DNA of 64,000 bases from contig CAXXMU010000001.1 of assembly GCA_963667785.2 (NCBI GenBank), positions 64,001 through 128,000 of the forward strand, written 5' to 3'. This stretch comes from Alphaproteobacteria bacterium (GTDB taxonomy: Bacteria; Pseudomonadota; Alphaproteobacteria; UBA828). Positions 19,402 to 28,873 of this stretch are shown in pieces. The position numbers and the translations under genes were made by a program. The notes beneath the pieces are model-generated. The model saw nothing but the letters and a program-made list of their open reading frames with translations. It was not told the DNA's origin and made no database searches. Position 1 is the first letter of the stretch, and every line of letters begins with the position of its first letter.

Positions 19402-19648
19402 TCGCTCACGGCAGCCGGCCGTCCCGCGATTCCGCGCGCCTGCCGGCCGTCATTCGATACCGCGCGCCTGCCGGCCGTCATTCGATACCGCGCGCCTGCC
19501 GGCCGTCATTCGATACCGCGCGCCTGCCGGCGCGACGGCCGGCGCCTCCGCGTCGCGCGTCCACGCGCGCGGGCGCGCGATGGCGCCGCATAAGCGGCGG
19601 GCCGCAGTCGCGACCTGTCGCGTATCCGTCAGAGACGGATTCGCACTA
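19402..19648. repeat. Dispersed structured intergenic repeat, copy A (internally expanded)
   Basis: Three blocks match 61140-61242 at 18/19, 17/17 and 58/63 nt. Confidence 0.85.
19432..19531 (+). repeat. 28-bp tandem repeat, about 3.6 copies (CCGCGCGCCTGCCGGCCGTCATTCGATA)
   Basis: Exact units start at 19432, 19460 and 19488, partial unit at 19516; no spacers. Confidence 0.95.
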
Positions 19649-21517
19649 AGCCGTCCCGGCTCGTTCGAGCGCCTCGGCCGCGGCGAGCCAATCGCCCTCG
19701 GCGGCCTCCTCGGCCCGTTTCGCGTCCGCGAGCTCCTTGCTGAGGGCGGCGATCCGTGCGCCGTCGTTCTTCCGGGCGGCAGACGCGAGTGCTGCCTCGA
19801 GGCCTTGCTGCGTCTCCCGCGCCCCGGCGATCCGCTTCTCGGCCGCGGCCACGGCATCCTTGAGGGGCTTCTGCCTGGCGCGCGCCGCCGCCGCCGCTTG
19901 CCGCTCCGCCTTGCGGGAGGGGGTCGAGCGGGTGCCGCCCTCGGCCCGGCGCGCAACGACGCTGCCGAGGATCTCGGCGCGATAGGCGGCGAGATCGCCG
20001 TCGTAAGCGCGCACGGTGCCCTCCTGCACCAGCCACAGGCGATCGGCCACGAGCTGGACGAGATGCATGTCGTGCGTGATCAGGACGACCGCGCCGTCAT
20101 AGACGTCGAGTGCCTCGACCAGCGCGCGCCGGCTCGGGATGTCGAGATGGTTGGTGGGCTCGTCGAGCACCAGGAGCTGGGGCGCGCGGCCCGAGATGAG
20201 CGCGAGGTTGAGCCGCGCCTTCTCCCCGCCGGAAAGCGCGGCGACCGGCACGTCCGCCCTCTCGCCGCCGAAGCCGAAGGCGCCCAGCCGGGCACGGACG
20301 CGATCGGGCGCGGCGTCGGGCATGAGGCGCGCGAGATGGCTGAACGCCGTGCCCTCCGGCGCCAGCGTGTCGATCTGGTGCTGCGCGAAATAGCCGACCG
20401 CCAGCCTGGTTGCCCGCGTCACGCTGCCGCGTTCCGGCGGCAGCACGTCAGCCAGCAGCTTGGCGAAGGTGGACTTGCCGTTGCCGTTCGCCCCGAGAAG
20501 CGCGATCCGGTCGCCCGGATCGAGCCGCAGGCTGATGCCGCGCAGCACGGGCCGCCCCGGCTCGTAGCCGACGGCGACGTCCGCGAGGCTGATCAGGGGC
20601 GGCGCGAGCGCAGCCGGCTCGGGGAAGGTGAGCGCGGCCGTCCGCTCATCGGCCGCAACCGGCAGGTCGGCCAGCCTGGCCAGCGCCTTGATGCGGCTCT
20701 GCGCCTGACGGGCCTTGCTCGCGTTGTAGCGGAAGCGGTCGACGAAGCCCTGGAGCTCGCGCCGTTTCGCATCGATGCGCGCCTGGCGCGCGCGGGCGGC
20801 GGCGACGCTCTCGGCGTGGGTCTTGGCGAAGCGCGTGTAGTTGCCGGGGTAGGAGGTGAGGCCCCCGCCCGCCATGTGGAGGATGCCGTCCGGCACCGCA
20901 TCGAGCAGGGTGCGGTCATGGCTCACCACGACGAGCGCGCGGGGATAGCGCTTCAGATGGTTCTCCAGCCATGCGGCGGCCTCGAGATCGAGGTGGTTCG
21001 TCGGCTCGTCGAGCAGCAGCAGGTCGGGCTCGACGAAGAGCGCGGCGGCCAGCGCCACCCGCATGCGCCAGCCGCCGGAGAGGGACGCGAGCGGCGCCTG
21101 CTGCATCGCCTCCCCGATGCCTAGGCCGGCAAGCAGGCGAGCGGCCCGCGCGGGCGCCGCGTGTGCGCCGATCTCCGCGAGCCGGGCCTCGATCTCGGCA
21201 CGCCGCGCGCCGTGGGCGCTGTCCGCCTCGGCGATCAGGGCCGCGCGTTCCTCATGCGCCGCGAGCACGACAGCGCGCGGCGTCTCCGGGCCGCCCGGCA
21301 CCTCCTGATCGACCAGCCGGACCGATGCGCCGCGGGCGCGGACGATGGCGCCGTCATCGGGCTCGAGCCGGCCGGCGACGAGGCGCAGCAGGGTCGTCTT
21401 GCCGCAGCCGTTGCGGCCGACCAGTCCGAGCCTGCGGCGGGCGCCGATCTGCGCGGTCACGCCCTCGAAGAGGAGGCGGCCTTCGACACGGTAGGCGACG
21501 TTCTGAAGGGTCAGCAT
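19646..21517 (-). CDS. ABC-F family ATP-binding protein (YheS-like)
   Basis: Two ABC domains: GRNGCGKTT/LSGGW/LDEPTNHLD and GANGNGKST/LSGGE/LDEPTNHLD; no TM segments. Confidence 0.95.
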   Translation of the reverse strand: MLTLQNVAYRVEGRLLFEGVTAQIGARRRLGLVGRNGCGKTTLLRLVAGRLEPDDGAIVRARGASVRLVDQEVPGGPETPRAVVLAAHEERAALIAEADSAHGARRAEIEARLAEIGAHAAPARAARLLAGLGIGEAMQQAPLASLSGGWRMRVALAAALFVEPDLLLLDEPTNHLDLEAAAWLENHLKRYPRALVVVSHDRTLLDAVPDGILHMAGGGLTSYPGNYTRFAKTHAESVAAARARQARIDAKRRELQGFVDRFRYNASKARQAQSRIKALARLADLPVAADERTAALTFPEPAALAPPLISLADVAVGYEPGRPVLRGISLRLDPGDRIALLGANGNGKSTFAKLLADVLPPERGSVTRATRLAVGYFAQHQIDTLAPEGTAFSHLARLMPDAAPDRVRARLGAFGFGGERADVPVAALSGGEKARLNLALISGRAPQLLVLDEPTNHLDIPSRRALVEALDVYDGAVVLITHDMHLVQLVADRLWLVQEGTVRAYDGDLAAYRAEILGSVVARRAEGGTRSTPSRKAERQAAAAARARQKPLKDAVAAAEKRIAGARETQQGLEAALASAARKNDGARIAALSKELADAKRAEEAAEGDWLAAAEALERAGTA

Positions 21518-21625
21518 GGACGTGCGGATATCTGCGTCGTCCGGGCCCGCGACGCAAGGGCGGGCGGCGTCGCGTCCGGCGATATGCGACAATGACCGTC
21601 GACGCAGGGACAGGGGGAGCGCCGC

Positions 21626-21958
21626 ATGCTGATCGTCGCCGTCGTCTTCGAGTTCGTGCCCGGCGGATTCGAGCGCATCAAGGCGGAGGTTCTCGATGCG
21701 ATCGAGAACTCACGCAAGGAGCCGGGCGCTCAAATCTACGACTGGGCCATCGACGTCACCGCGCCCAACCGGGCCATCATCTTCGAGGTGTGGGACGATC
21801 AGGCCGCGCTCGATGCGCACTTCACCCACTCCTACATGGATACCCTCGTCGCGGCGCTGGGCGCGGCCAACATTCGCGGCGACATCACCCATTACTCGGC
21901 GGAGATCTACGACGTGAGCGGCAAGCGCGACATGGGCTTCCGCCTGCCGACCGCGTAA
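21626..21958 (+). CDS. ABM-family (putative quinol) monooxygenase
   Basis: SRKEPG, FEVWDDQAALDAHF. Confidence 0.85.
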   Translation: MLIVAVVFEFVPGGFERIKAEVLDAIENSRKEPGAQIYDWAIDVTAPNRAIIFEVWDDQAALDAHFTHSYMDTLVAALGAANIRGDITHYSAEIYDVSGKRDMGFRLPTA

Positions 21959-21980
21959 ATCGGGCGGAAGGACGATCGCC

Positions 21981-22394
21981 GTGGACGCGGGTCCCCTCAC
22001 GCCCCCCTTCGACGAGAGCGCCGCCCGCGCCGTCGTCCAGGCCTTCGAGGACGCCTGGAACCGCAGGGTCGCCGAGGAGATCCCCGGAACCTGCACGGCG
22101 GACACGCGCTGGCGCTATCGCGATGCGTTCGTCGAGGGGCGGGACAGTATCGTGCCGTTCCTGCGCGCGCGCTGGCCGATACAGGAGCACTACCGGCTGA
22201 GGAAGGAGCTCTGGAGCTTCACCGCCAACCGCATCTCGGTGCGCTTCGTCAGCGAGTGGCGTCACCGCGACAGCGGCCAGTGGTACCGGACCTTCGGCAA
22301 CGAGCACTGGGAGTTCGCGGCGGACGGCCTGCAGAGCGTGCTCGATCTCTCGGCCAACGACGTGCCCATCGACGAGGCCGAACGGAGCCTCTGA
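21981..22394 (+). CDS. DUF1348 / SnoaL-like NTF2-fold protein
   Basis: EDAWN, YRLRKELW, RISVRF, GQWYRTFGNEHWEF. Confidence 0.9.
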   Translation: MDAGPLTPPFDESAARAVVQAFEDAWNRRVAEEIPGTCTADTRWRYRDAFVEGRDSIVPFLRARWPIQEHYRLRKELWSFTANRISVRFVSEWRHRDSGQWYRTFGNEHWEFAADGLQSVLDLSANDVPIDEAERSL

Positions 22395-22397
22395 GCC

Positions 22398-22433
22398 TCA
22401 CCAGCCGAGCGCGCGGCTCATGCGCCGGGGGTC
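22398..22433 (-). repeat. Orphan duplicate of the ggt 3' end (34/36 identical to 24400-24435)
   Basis: Both copies encode DPRRMSRALGW-stop on the minus strand; the two differences are synonymous (CTC GGC vs CTG GGG). Confidence 0.92.
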
Positions 22434-24367
22434 TGGGCCGCCTCCCGTCCCGCGATAGAAACGAAATTGCTGTGGAAGGTGGAATTCCCGCCGAGATCGG
22501 CCGGGGCATCGGGGGTTGTCGCGTTCGCGTTTGCTCCCCAGCGGACCATATAGCTCACCAGCAGGCCGGGCTGAACGCGCTCGCTCAGTCGCGCGATGAG
22601 GTTTACCGTGCCGCGTTCGTTCCAGAGCATCACCGCATCCCCGTCCGCAATTCCTTCGCTCACGGCGTCTTCGGGATGAATAAACACGGCCGGCTCCTTC
22701 ACCGCTGCAAATTTGCGGGCAACATTGAACACCTGGCTTGCCTGCAAATGTTGAGTCTTCGGCGTGATGAGACGATAGGGATGTCCGCTGTCCGACGCGG
22801 CCGCGGAATACGCAGGAACGACGAGCTCCAATTTGCCGCTCGCCGTCGGGAAGCGGCCGTCATCGAAGTTGGTGCGTCGGCTATTCGTGCACAGTACCGG
22901 CCCCTCCTGCAGGTCCTCGAAGCGAAGCCCGGTTTCTGCAATGAGCGCGCGAATGACCTCCTCCTCGGTCTCGCGGAAGCACGGCTCCGTGTATCCCATA
23001 TGGCGCGCGATCTCGCGAAACACCCAGTAGTTGGAACGCGATTCGCCAACCGGCTCGATCGCCGGATTGTTGATCTGTGCGTAGTCGTGCCAGTACGAAC
23101 GATGGAGATCGATCTGCTCTGCGTAGGAGCAGGCCGGCAATACGACGTTCGCCCGCTCGGCCGTGTCCGTCATGAAGCTGTCATGCACGACAACGAACAG
23201 GTCTTCGCGCGCCAGACCCTGCCAGACAAGCGCCTGATTGGGTGAGGTCGCGGCAGCGTTCGAATTGTACACATAGAGAGCCTTGATCGCGTCGTCCGCG
23301 GTCAGGGCTTTGCCCAGCGTGACCATGTTGTAGAGGCGTGGGCCTTGGGTTCTCAGTGAGCTGTGACTGATGTCGTTGAAATTCCAGTCGTAATTGGCAT
23401 AGAGAGCGCCGCCGCCGGGGACGCCGACCTGCCCTGTCAAGGCGGCGAGCATGCAGATCGACGACACCATCTCGCCGCCATTCAGATTGCGCTGAAGGCC
23501 AACCCCGATGTGAATCAATCCTGGCCGGTTCTTGGCGTAGAGCTCGGCGAATGCGGTTATCTGCGCATGCGGGACGCCGGTGATGCGGGCTGCATCGTCC
23601 AGCGACACCGACAGGACTTTCTCGCGCAACGCGTCGAATCCGTTTGTCTTCTCCGCAAGGAATTCCCTGTCGATCCAGTCGCGCTCGATCAGGACCCGCA
23701 TGACCGCCATGGCGAGCATGGAATCGGTCGACGGTCTTGGTTGGATGTGCATGTCCGCGACCTGAGCGGAATCCGAGCGGTAGGGGTCGATCACGACGGT
23801 GGGGTGTATGTCCTTCGTCAGAACGTGGCCGTGGACGTTGGTCGCCTTGGGATTCTTGCCCCAGACCACGTAGCAGCGAGTCTTGTCCAAATGAAATGTT
23901 TCAGTGCCGAGCACGGTGCCGAAGATCCTAAGCACCGCCTCGACACCGGCCATGGCGCAGATTTCGGTGCCGACCCGGCTGGTGTTCATCCTGTTCCATA
24001 GCCGGTCGGCAAGGCGATTCGAGACCATGCCCATGTGGCCGAGATAGTGGTACGGCAGAATGGCCTCGCCACCGGATACCTCGATGATGTCGGAAAACCG
24101 GCGGGCTATCGCGCCGAGGGCTTCGTCCCAGCTTGCACGGCGAAAGGGGTCGGACTTGTGCTCCCGCACGAGCGGAAACAGAAGCCTGTCGGGATGGTGA
24201 ACGAGCTCTTCGTAGTGCTGGTAGCGCCCGCACAGAAACCCCTGGGTAATGGGATGTTCGGGATCGCCCTTCACCTCCACGACCTTCCCGTCGCTTACCC
24301 GGGTGAGCATGCTGCACGTGTCGGGGCAGTCTTTCGGACAGACGGACTTGACGGTTCTCGTTGCCAT
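22418..24367 (-). CDS. Molybdopterin-dependent oxidoreductase (MopB superfamily, N-terminal 4Fe-4S)
   Basis: CPKDCPDTC...GFLC; RASWDEAL; TDTAERANVVLPA; C-terminal IHPEDA..GIADGD.V...NERG; visibly lower GC than flanks. Confidence 0.93.
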   Translation of the reverse strand: MATRTVKSVCPKDCPDTCSMLTRVSDGKVVEVKGDPEHPITQGFLCGRYQHYEELVHHPDRLLFPLVREHKSDPFRRASWDEALGAIARRFSDIIEVSGGEAILPYHYLGHMGMVSNRLADRLWNRMNTSRVGTEICAMAGVEAVLRIFGTVLGTETFHLDKTRCYVVWGKNPKATNVHGHVLTKDIHPTVVIDPYRSDSAQVADMHIQPRPSTDSMLAMAVMRVLIERDWIDREFLAEKTNGFDALREKVLSVSLDDAARITGVPHAQITAFAELYAKNRPGLIHIGVGLQRNLNGGEMVSSICMLAALTGQVGVPGGGALYANYDWNFNDISHSSLRTQGPRLYNMVTLGKALTADDAIKALYVYNSNAAATSPNQALVWQGLAREDLFVVVHDSFMTDTAERANVVLPACSYAEQIDLHRSYWHDYAQINNPAIEPVGESRSNYWVFREIARHMGYTEPCFRETEEEVIRALIAETGLRFEDLQEGPVLCTNSRRTNFDDGRFPTASGKLELVVPAYSAAASDSGHPYRLITPKTQHLQASQVFNVARKFAAVKEPAVFIHPEDAVSEGIADGDAVMLWNERGTVNLIARLSERVQPGLLVSYMVRWGANANATTPDAPADLGGNSTFHSNFVSIAGREAAQTPGA

Positions 24368-24399
24368 GCCCGCTCCTGCGCGCAGCCGGCGCCGGCCTG

Positions 24400-26118
24400 T
24401 CACCACCCCAGCGCGCGGCTCATGCGCCGGGGGTCGGCGGCGCCCTCGATGGCGCCCGTCTCGAGGTCCTTGCGCACCGCGCAGACCCCGCCGGTCCAGT
24501 GCGACCAGTCACCCAAGCGCTCGATGCGGTGTCCGCGCGCGGCGAGCCGCTCGCCCGTCGCCTCGTCGATGCGCCCCTCGACGGTGACGAGGCCAGGATA
24601 AGCTGCGTTTGGCGCGAACGAATCCGGGTGGCTGTGGGTGACGAGACGGGGAGCCTCCACCGCATCCTGCAGCCCCATGCCGAAGACCAGGTGGCCGAGC
24701 AGCGTCTGCAGGTTCGCCTGGATCTGCGTATCGCCGCCCGGGGTGCCGAAGGGCATGATCCAGCGGCTGGGAGAGAGCGCGAAGCAGGGATTGGGTGTGA
24801 GCCGGGGCCGCTTGCCCGGCGCGATGCAGGAGGGGTGGCCCCGCACCGCCCGCGACTGCGCCCCGCGCGAGGAGACCGCGAGCCCGCAGCCGGGCACCAC
24901 CGGCGTGTCCCAGCTCGTGTCCGACGGCGTCGAGCAGAGGCCGTTCCCGTCCGCGTCGATCACGCAGACGATCGAGGTATCGGGCGGCGGCCCGAGCGGC
25001 GCCTCGCTCGCGGCGACCGGGGGAACATGCGCCTCGTGGCCCGGAATCCTGCCGGGAAGGGGCATTCCGGGCGACGCCTTGTGCGGGTCGATCGCCCTGC
25101 TGCGCTCCGCCGCGTAGGGTCGGCCGAGGAGCGTATCGAGGGGGACGTCCACGAAGTCCGGGTCGCCGAGATAGCCTTCCCTGTCGGCGAAGGTGAGCTT
25201 GAGGGTCTCCGCGATCGTGTGGAGATACGCGTCCGAGCCGTGCTCCTGCGCCACCACGCCGGCCGTCTCGGCGATGGAGAGCGCTTCCAGCAGGAAGGGG
25301 CCCTGGCACCAGGCGCCGCAGGTGTGGATCTCCACCTCCTCGCCACCGAGCCGGAAGCGCCGCGAGACCGAGGGCACGACCTGGCAGCGGAACGAGGCGA
25401 GGTCGTCGGCCGCGAGCAGCCCGTCCTCCGCCTTCTGGTGCGCGAGGATGTGGCTCGCGATATCGCCCCGGTAGAACGCACGGCGCACCGCGGCGAGGCC
25501 GGCCATGCGATCGTCGCCCGCCGCGCGCTCCTCGTCGCAGAGGAATTGCAGGACCCGGCCGAGATCGCTCTGGACCAGCCGCTCGCCCGGCTGCGGCACG
25601 GTGCCGCCGGGCATCCAGATGGCGACGTTCTCCGGCCAGTGCCGGAAGTCGTCGGCGTACTTCTGCACGTAGTCGAGCATGACCGGGTGACGGGGGAAGC
25701 CCTCGCAGGCGTAGCGCACCGCGCGTGCCGCCACGTCGCGGAAGGCCATCGTGCCCCATCGCTCCAGGGCCTGGATGCAGGCGTCGGGAGCGGCCGGCAC
25801 CACGGTACGCCGCACCCCGAGCGGGATCTCGCCCCCATGGCGCTGGATGAAGGCTTCGGCGTCGAGCGCCTGCGGCCAGCCGCCGACGCCCGCGATGGTG
25901 ACTACCTCGCCGGTCTCCGCGAGGCGGACGATCATGGGCGCGACCCCGGCGACGCTCACCTGGTCGCTGTAGACCACGCCGAGGGTCAGGATCGCGGCGA
26001 CGCCGGCGTCGATCGCGTTGCCGCCGTTCTCCAGAGCTTCGAACGCGGCCAGCGTCGCGAGCTCATGGCCCGCGCTGACGACATGGTGATGACCACGGGC
26101 GACGGGCACGACGGACAT
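24400..26118 (-). CDS. ggt: Gamma-glutamyltransferase family protein
   Basis: GGNAIDAGVAA, FYRGDIA, nucleophile DTSIVCVIDADGN, PGKRPRLT, GTPGGDTQ, GAADPRR. Confidence 0.9.
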   Translation of the reverse strand: MSVVPVARGHHHVVSAGHELATLAAFEALENGGNAIDAGVAAILTLGVVYSDQVSVAGVAPMIVRLAETGEVVTIAGVGGWPQALDAEAFIQRHGGEIPLGVRRTVVPAAPDACIQALERWGTMAFRDVAARAVRYACEGFPRHPVMLDYVQKYADDFRHWPENVAIWMPGGTVPQPGERLVQSDLGRVLQFLCDEERAAGDDRMAGLAAVRRAFYRGDIASHILAHQKAEDGLLAADDLASFRCQVVPSVSRRFRLGGEEVEIHTCGAWCQGPFLLEALSIAETAGVVAQEHGSDAYLHTIAETLKLTFADREGYLGDPDFVDVPLDTLLGRPYAAERSRAIDPHKASPGMPLPGRIPGHEAHVPPVAASEAPLGPPPDTSIVCVIDADGNGLCSTPSDTSWDTPVVPGCGLAVSSRGAQSRAVRGHPSCIAPGKRPRLTPNPCFALSPSRWIMPFGTPGGDTQIQANLQTLLGHLVFGMGLQDAVEAPRLVTHSHPDSFAPNAAYPGLVTVEGRIDEATGERLAARGHRIERLGDWSHWTGGVCAVRKDLETGAIEGAADPRRMSRALGW

Positions 26119-26214
26119 GGCAGCCTGCCAGCGGGTTGGGGACCGGAAGAGTATAGACTGTAATGCAACGCCGACGCTTCACCCGCCCATGAACCTCACG
26201 GGGGCCATGAACCC

Positions 26215-26979
26215 ATGCAACCTGTCTGTCTCGTCATCGGTGCCGGTGCCGGCATCGGGAGCCATGTCGGAAGGCGCTTCGCCCGCGAGGGGTACCACGC
26301 GGTCCTCTGCCGGCGTACGGACGAAGACGGCCTGACGCGGACGGTCGAGAGCATCGAGGCAGACGGCGGTGCCGCCTCGGGCTTCCTCCTGGATGCCGTG
26401 GCGCCCGGCGCCATCGAGGAGCGGATCGCCGCGGTCGAGGCGGAGATCGGTCCGATCGAGGTGGTGGTCTACAATCTGGGCGCGCAGATCGGCGACCGGG
26501 CGCTCGCCGAGACCAGCCTCAAGGTGTTCGAGCTGGGCTGGCGGCTCGCGACCTTCGGCCTGTTCCGGACGGCCGCCGCGGTCTGTCCCCTGATGGAGAG
26601 GCGGAGCCGGGGCGCGATCCTCGTGACCTCGTCGACCGCAGCCGTGCGCGGCAACAAGGGGCAGCACTCGCATGCGGCCGCCATGGCGGGGCGGCGCATG
26701 CTCTGCCAGAGCCTCAACGCGGAGTTCGCGCCCAAGGGCATCCACGTCGCCCACATCATCGTCGACGGCATGGTCGATGCGCCCGATACGCTCGGCAGGA
26801 TGCTGGGCGAGGATGCCTTCCAGAGGCTCCGGGAAGAGCGGGGGCTGGAGCATGACGGGCTGCTGCTTCCCGCCAGGATCGCCGATACCTATTTCCACAT
26901 TGCCCGGCAGCACCGGTCCACGTGGTCGTTCGAGATCGATCTGCGGCCGTTCTCCGACACGCCCTGGTGGAACCGCTGA
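26215..26979 (+). CDS. Short-chain dehydrogenase/reductase (atypical SDR)
   Basis: GAGAGIG, VYNLGA, GIHVAHIIVDG. Confidence 0.9.
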   Translation: MQPVCLVIGAGAGIGSHVGRRFAREGYHAVLCRRTDEDGLTRTVESIEADGGAASGFLLDAVAPGAIEERIAAVEAEIGPIEVVVYNLGAQIGDRALAETSLKVFELGWRLATFGLFRTAAAVCPLMERRSRGAILVTSSTAAVRGNKGQHSHAAAMAGRRMLCQSLNAEFAPKGIHVAHIIVDGMVDAPDTLGRMLGEDAFQRLREERGLEHDGLLLPARIADTYFHIARQHRSTWSFEIDLRPFSDTPWWNR

Positions 26980-27013
26980 GGCGTCGTCGCGCCGGCAGGC
27001 GCGCCAAAAAGAG

Positions 27014-27048
27014 CTGGAGCGCGTCCGTCAAAGACGGACCCGCCCTAG
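27014..27048. repeat. Dispersed repeat copy C (terminal hairpin only)
   Basis: CTGGAGCG-C-GTCCGTC-AAA-GACGGAC-C-CGCCCTAG; same hairpin as 19620-19644 and 61218-61242. Confidence 0.75.
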
Positions 27049-27866
27049 TGCGACATCAGGACCGGCACGGTCATCTGGCGCAGGATGTCCCGGGTCACGC
27101 CTCCCAGCAGCAGCTCGCGCATGCGGTGATGGCCGTAGCCCCCCATGACGAGAAGGCCGGCGCCGTGATCGCTGATCTCCGACAGGAGGATATCGCCGGC
27201 GTGGATATCCGACGAGGTCGTCGCGTGCCGGGCCTCCGTGCGCACGCCGTGACGCGCGAGATGGGCGCTCACTTCGGCGCCCGGTATGTGCTTGCCGTCG
27301 CCGGTATCGATGCCGAGGACGATCACGTTGTCCGCCTGCTTCAGCAGGGGCAGGGCGTCGGTGAGCGCCCGCTTCGCCTCGCGGGTGCCGTTCCAGGCGA
27401 CCATGATCGTCGCCGCGTTCGCGCTGAACGTGCCGGCGTAGGGCCAGACCAGCACGGGGCCGCCTGCGCCGAGCACCACGCTGTCGGCCAGCGCGCCGAC
27501 GCTGTATCCGTCGTCGGGGTCCGCCTGGCCGACGATGGTGATGTCGGCGTAGTGCGCGTTCGTCGAGACGACGTCGACCGGCTCGCCCGTCATGAGCCGC
27601 CATTCGGAGGGAGCGGCCGACTTGGCCATCCGTGCGGCGAACCCCCGGTCGGCCTCCTCGGCATGGGCGCGCTGCTCCGTGTCCAGCCGCTTGTAGACCT
27701 CGGGCGAGAGCTCGAAGCTGGCATAGCCGGTCATCGCGAGACGCGGCAGCACGTAGAGGCCGGTGACCTTGCCCTCGTGGCGTTCGGCCAGCTCGACCGC
27801 GGCATCGAGCCGTGCGGACGAGCGCGCGTCCGGGGCCAGATGCACGACGATATCCTTGTATGCCAT
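27045..27866 (-). CDS. Universal stress protein (tandem USP)
   Basis: MAYKDIVVHL, VAWNGTREAKRA, LLVMGGYGHHRMRELLLGGVTR, VPVLMSH. Confidence 0.95.
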   Translation of the reverse strand: MAYKDIVVHLAPDARSSARLDAAVELAERHEGKVTGLYVLPRLAMTGYASFELSPEVYKRLDTEQRAHAEEADRGFAARMAKSAAPSEWRLMTGEPVDVVSTNAHYADITIVGQADPDDGYSVGALADSVVLGAGGPVLVWPYAGTFSANAATIMVAWNGTREAKRALTDALPLLKQADNVIVLGIDTGDGKHIPGAEVSAHLARHGVRTEARHATTSSDIHAGDILLSEISDHGAGLLVMGGYGHHRMRELLLGGVTRDILRQMTVPVLMSH

Positions 27867-27970
27867 GGTCGGGTTTCCTTGTCCGTAGCGTCCGGGATCG
27901 CGGCTCGGACGCAGCATCCCGGCGAGACTATCCGAGCGGATGCGGCGGGCGCATGACATGTGTCATGCCG

Positions 27971-28873
27971 TCAGCACGGGCGCGCCGTCCAGTCGAGGTG
28001 CGCCGGCAGGACCGGCGGGGTGTCCGAGGACGAGCAGGCGCCCTCGATCTGCATGTCCGAGAGGTTGTACGCGAGGCTGAGCCGGGTGCCGCCGAGGTCC
28101 GAGCCGTCGAACACCGCCCCCTGAAGCTCCGTCTCGCTGAAGTTGGCGCCGGAGAGGTCCGCCCCGGCGAAATTGGAGTAGGCGCCGTTGGCCGAGGTGA
28201 TGAGCGCGCCCGCGAGGCGCGCGTTCGCAAAACTGGCGACGAGCAGTTCCGCCCCGTCCAGATTGGCGTTTTCCATGTACGCGTCCTCGAAGACGGCGCC
28301 GACCAGATCGGCGCCTGCGAGGTTGGCCTCGCAGAGATCCGCGCCCCTGAGGTCCGCGCGGATGAAGACCGCCCCGCCGAGGTCGGCGCCGCGCAGGTCG
28401 GCCCCGCCGAGATCCGCTTCGATGAAGACCGCGCCGCTCAGATCGGCCCGCCTGAAGTTCGCGCCGGCCAGATCGGCGCCCCGCAGGTCCGCACCGCTCA
28501 GGTCGATCTCCGTCATCGCCACGCCGTCGCGGGCCAGCGCCTCCACGCTGGGTTTCAGCGCTCTCGACCCCTTCCCCTCCGGCAGTGCGTGGGTGCGTGC
28601 GATCAACGCAAACAGGGTCGCCTCGCGGACGCCGCGGTCGATCTGCCGCTTCTCGATATCCATGGTCACGCCGTAGAGGCCGAGCCCGAACAGCGTGACG
28701 GCGGAGAACTGCAAAAGGAACCGGAAGGAGGCGACGTAGCCGAACAGGTAGTAGAACCAGCGCGTCGCGTATTCGAATACCGCGAAGAGATCGACGAAGA
28801 TCGTTTCGAGAAAGGTCCCCTTGTGCCACTCGCGCGGCCAGCGGGGTTTTGCGTCGCCGATGTGCGTAGGCAT
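27971..28873 (-). CDS. Membrane-anchored pentapeptide-repeat protein
   Basis: N-terminal hydrophobic segments, then more than 20 A(D/N)Lxx pentapeptides. Confidence 0.9.
   Translation of the reverse strand: MPTHIGDAKPRWPREWHKGTFLETIFVDLFAVFEYATRWFYYLFGYVASFRFLLQFSAVTLFGLGLYGVTMDIEKRQIDRGVREATLFALIARTHALPEGKGSRALKPSVEALARDGVAMTEIDLSGADLRGADLAGANFRRADLSGAVFIEADLGGADLRGADLGGAVFIRADLRGADLCEANLAGADLVGAVFEDAYMENANLDGAELLVASFANARLAGALITSANGAYSNFAGADLSGANFSETELQGAVFDGSDLGGTRLSLAYNLSDMQIEGACSSSDTPPVLPAHLDWTARPC

Noticed and set aside
19432-19531. 28-bp repeats as a CRISPR array
   Set aside because: Units are head-to-tail with no spacers, and there are no cas genes in the window.
27971-28873. Qnr-type quinolone resistance gene
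   Set aside because: The TM-anchored architecture and length do not fit Qnr/MfpA.
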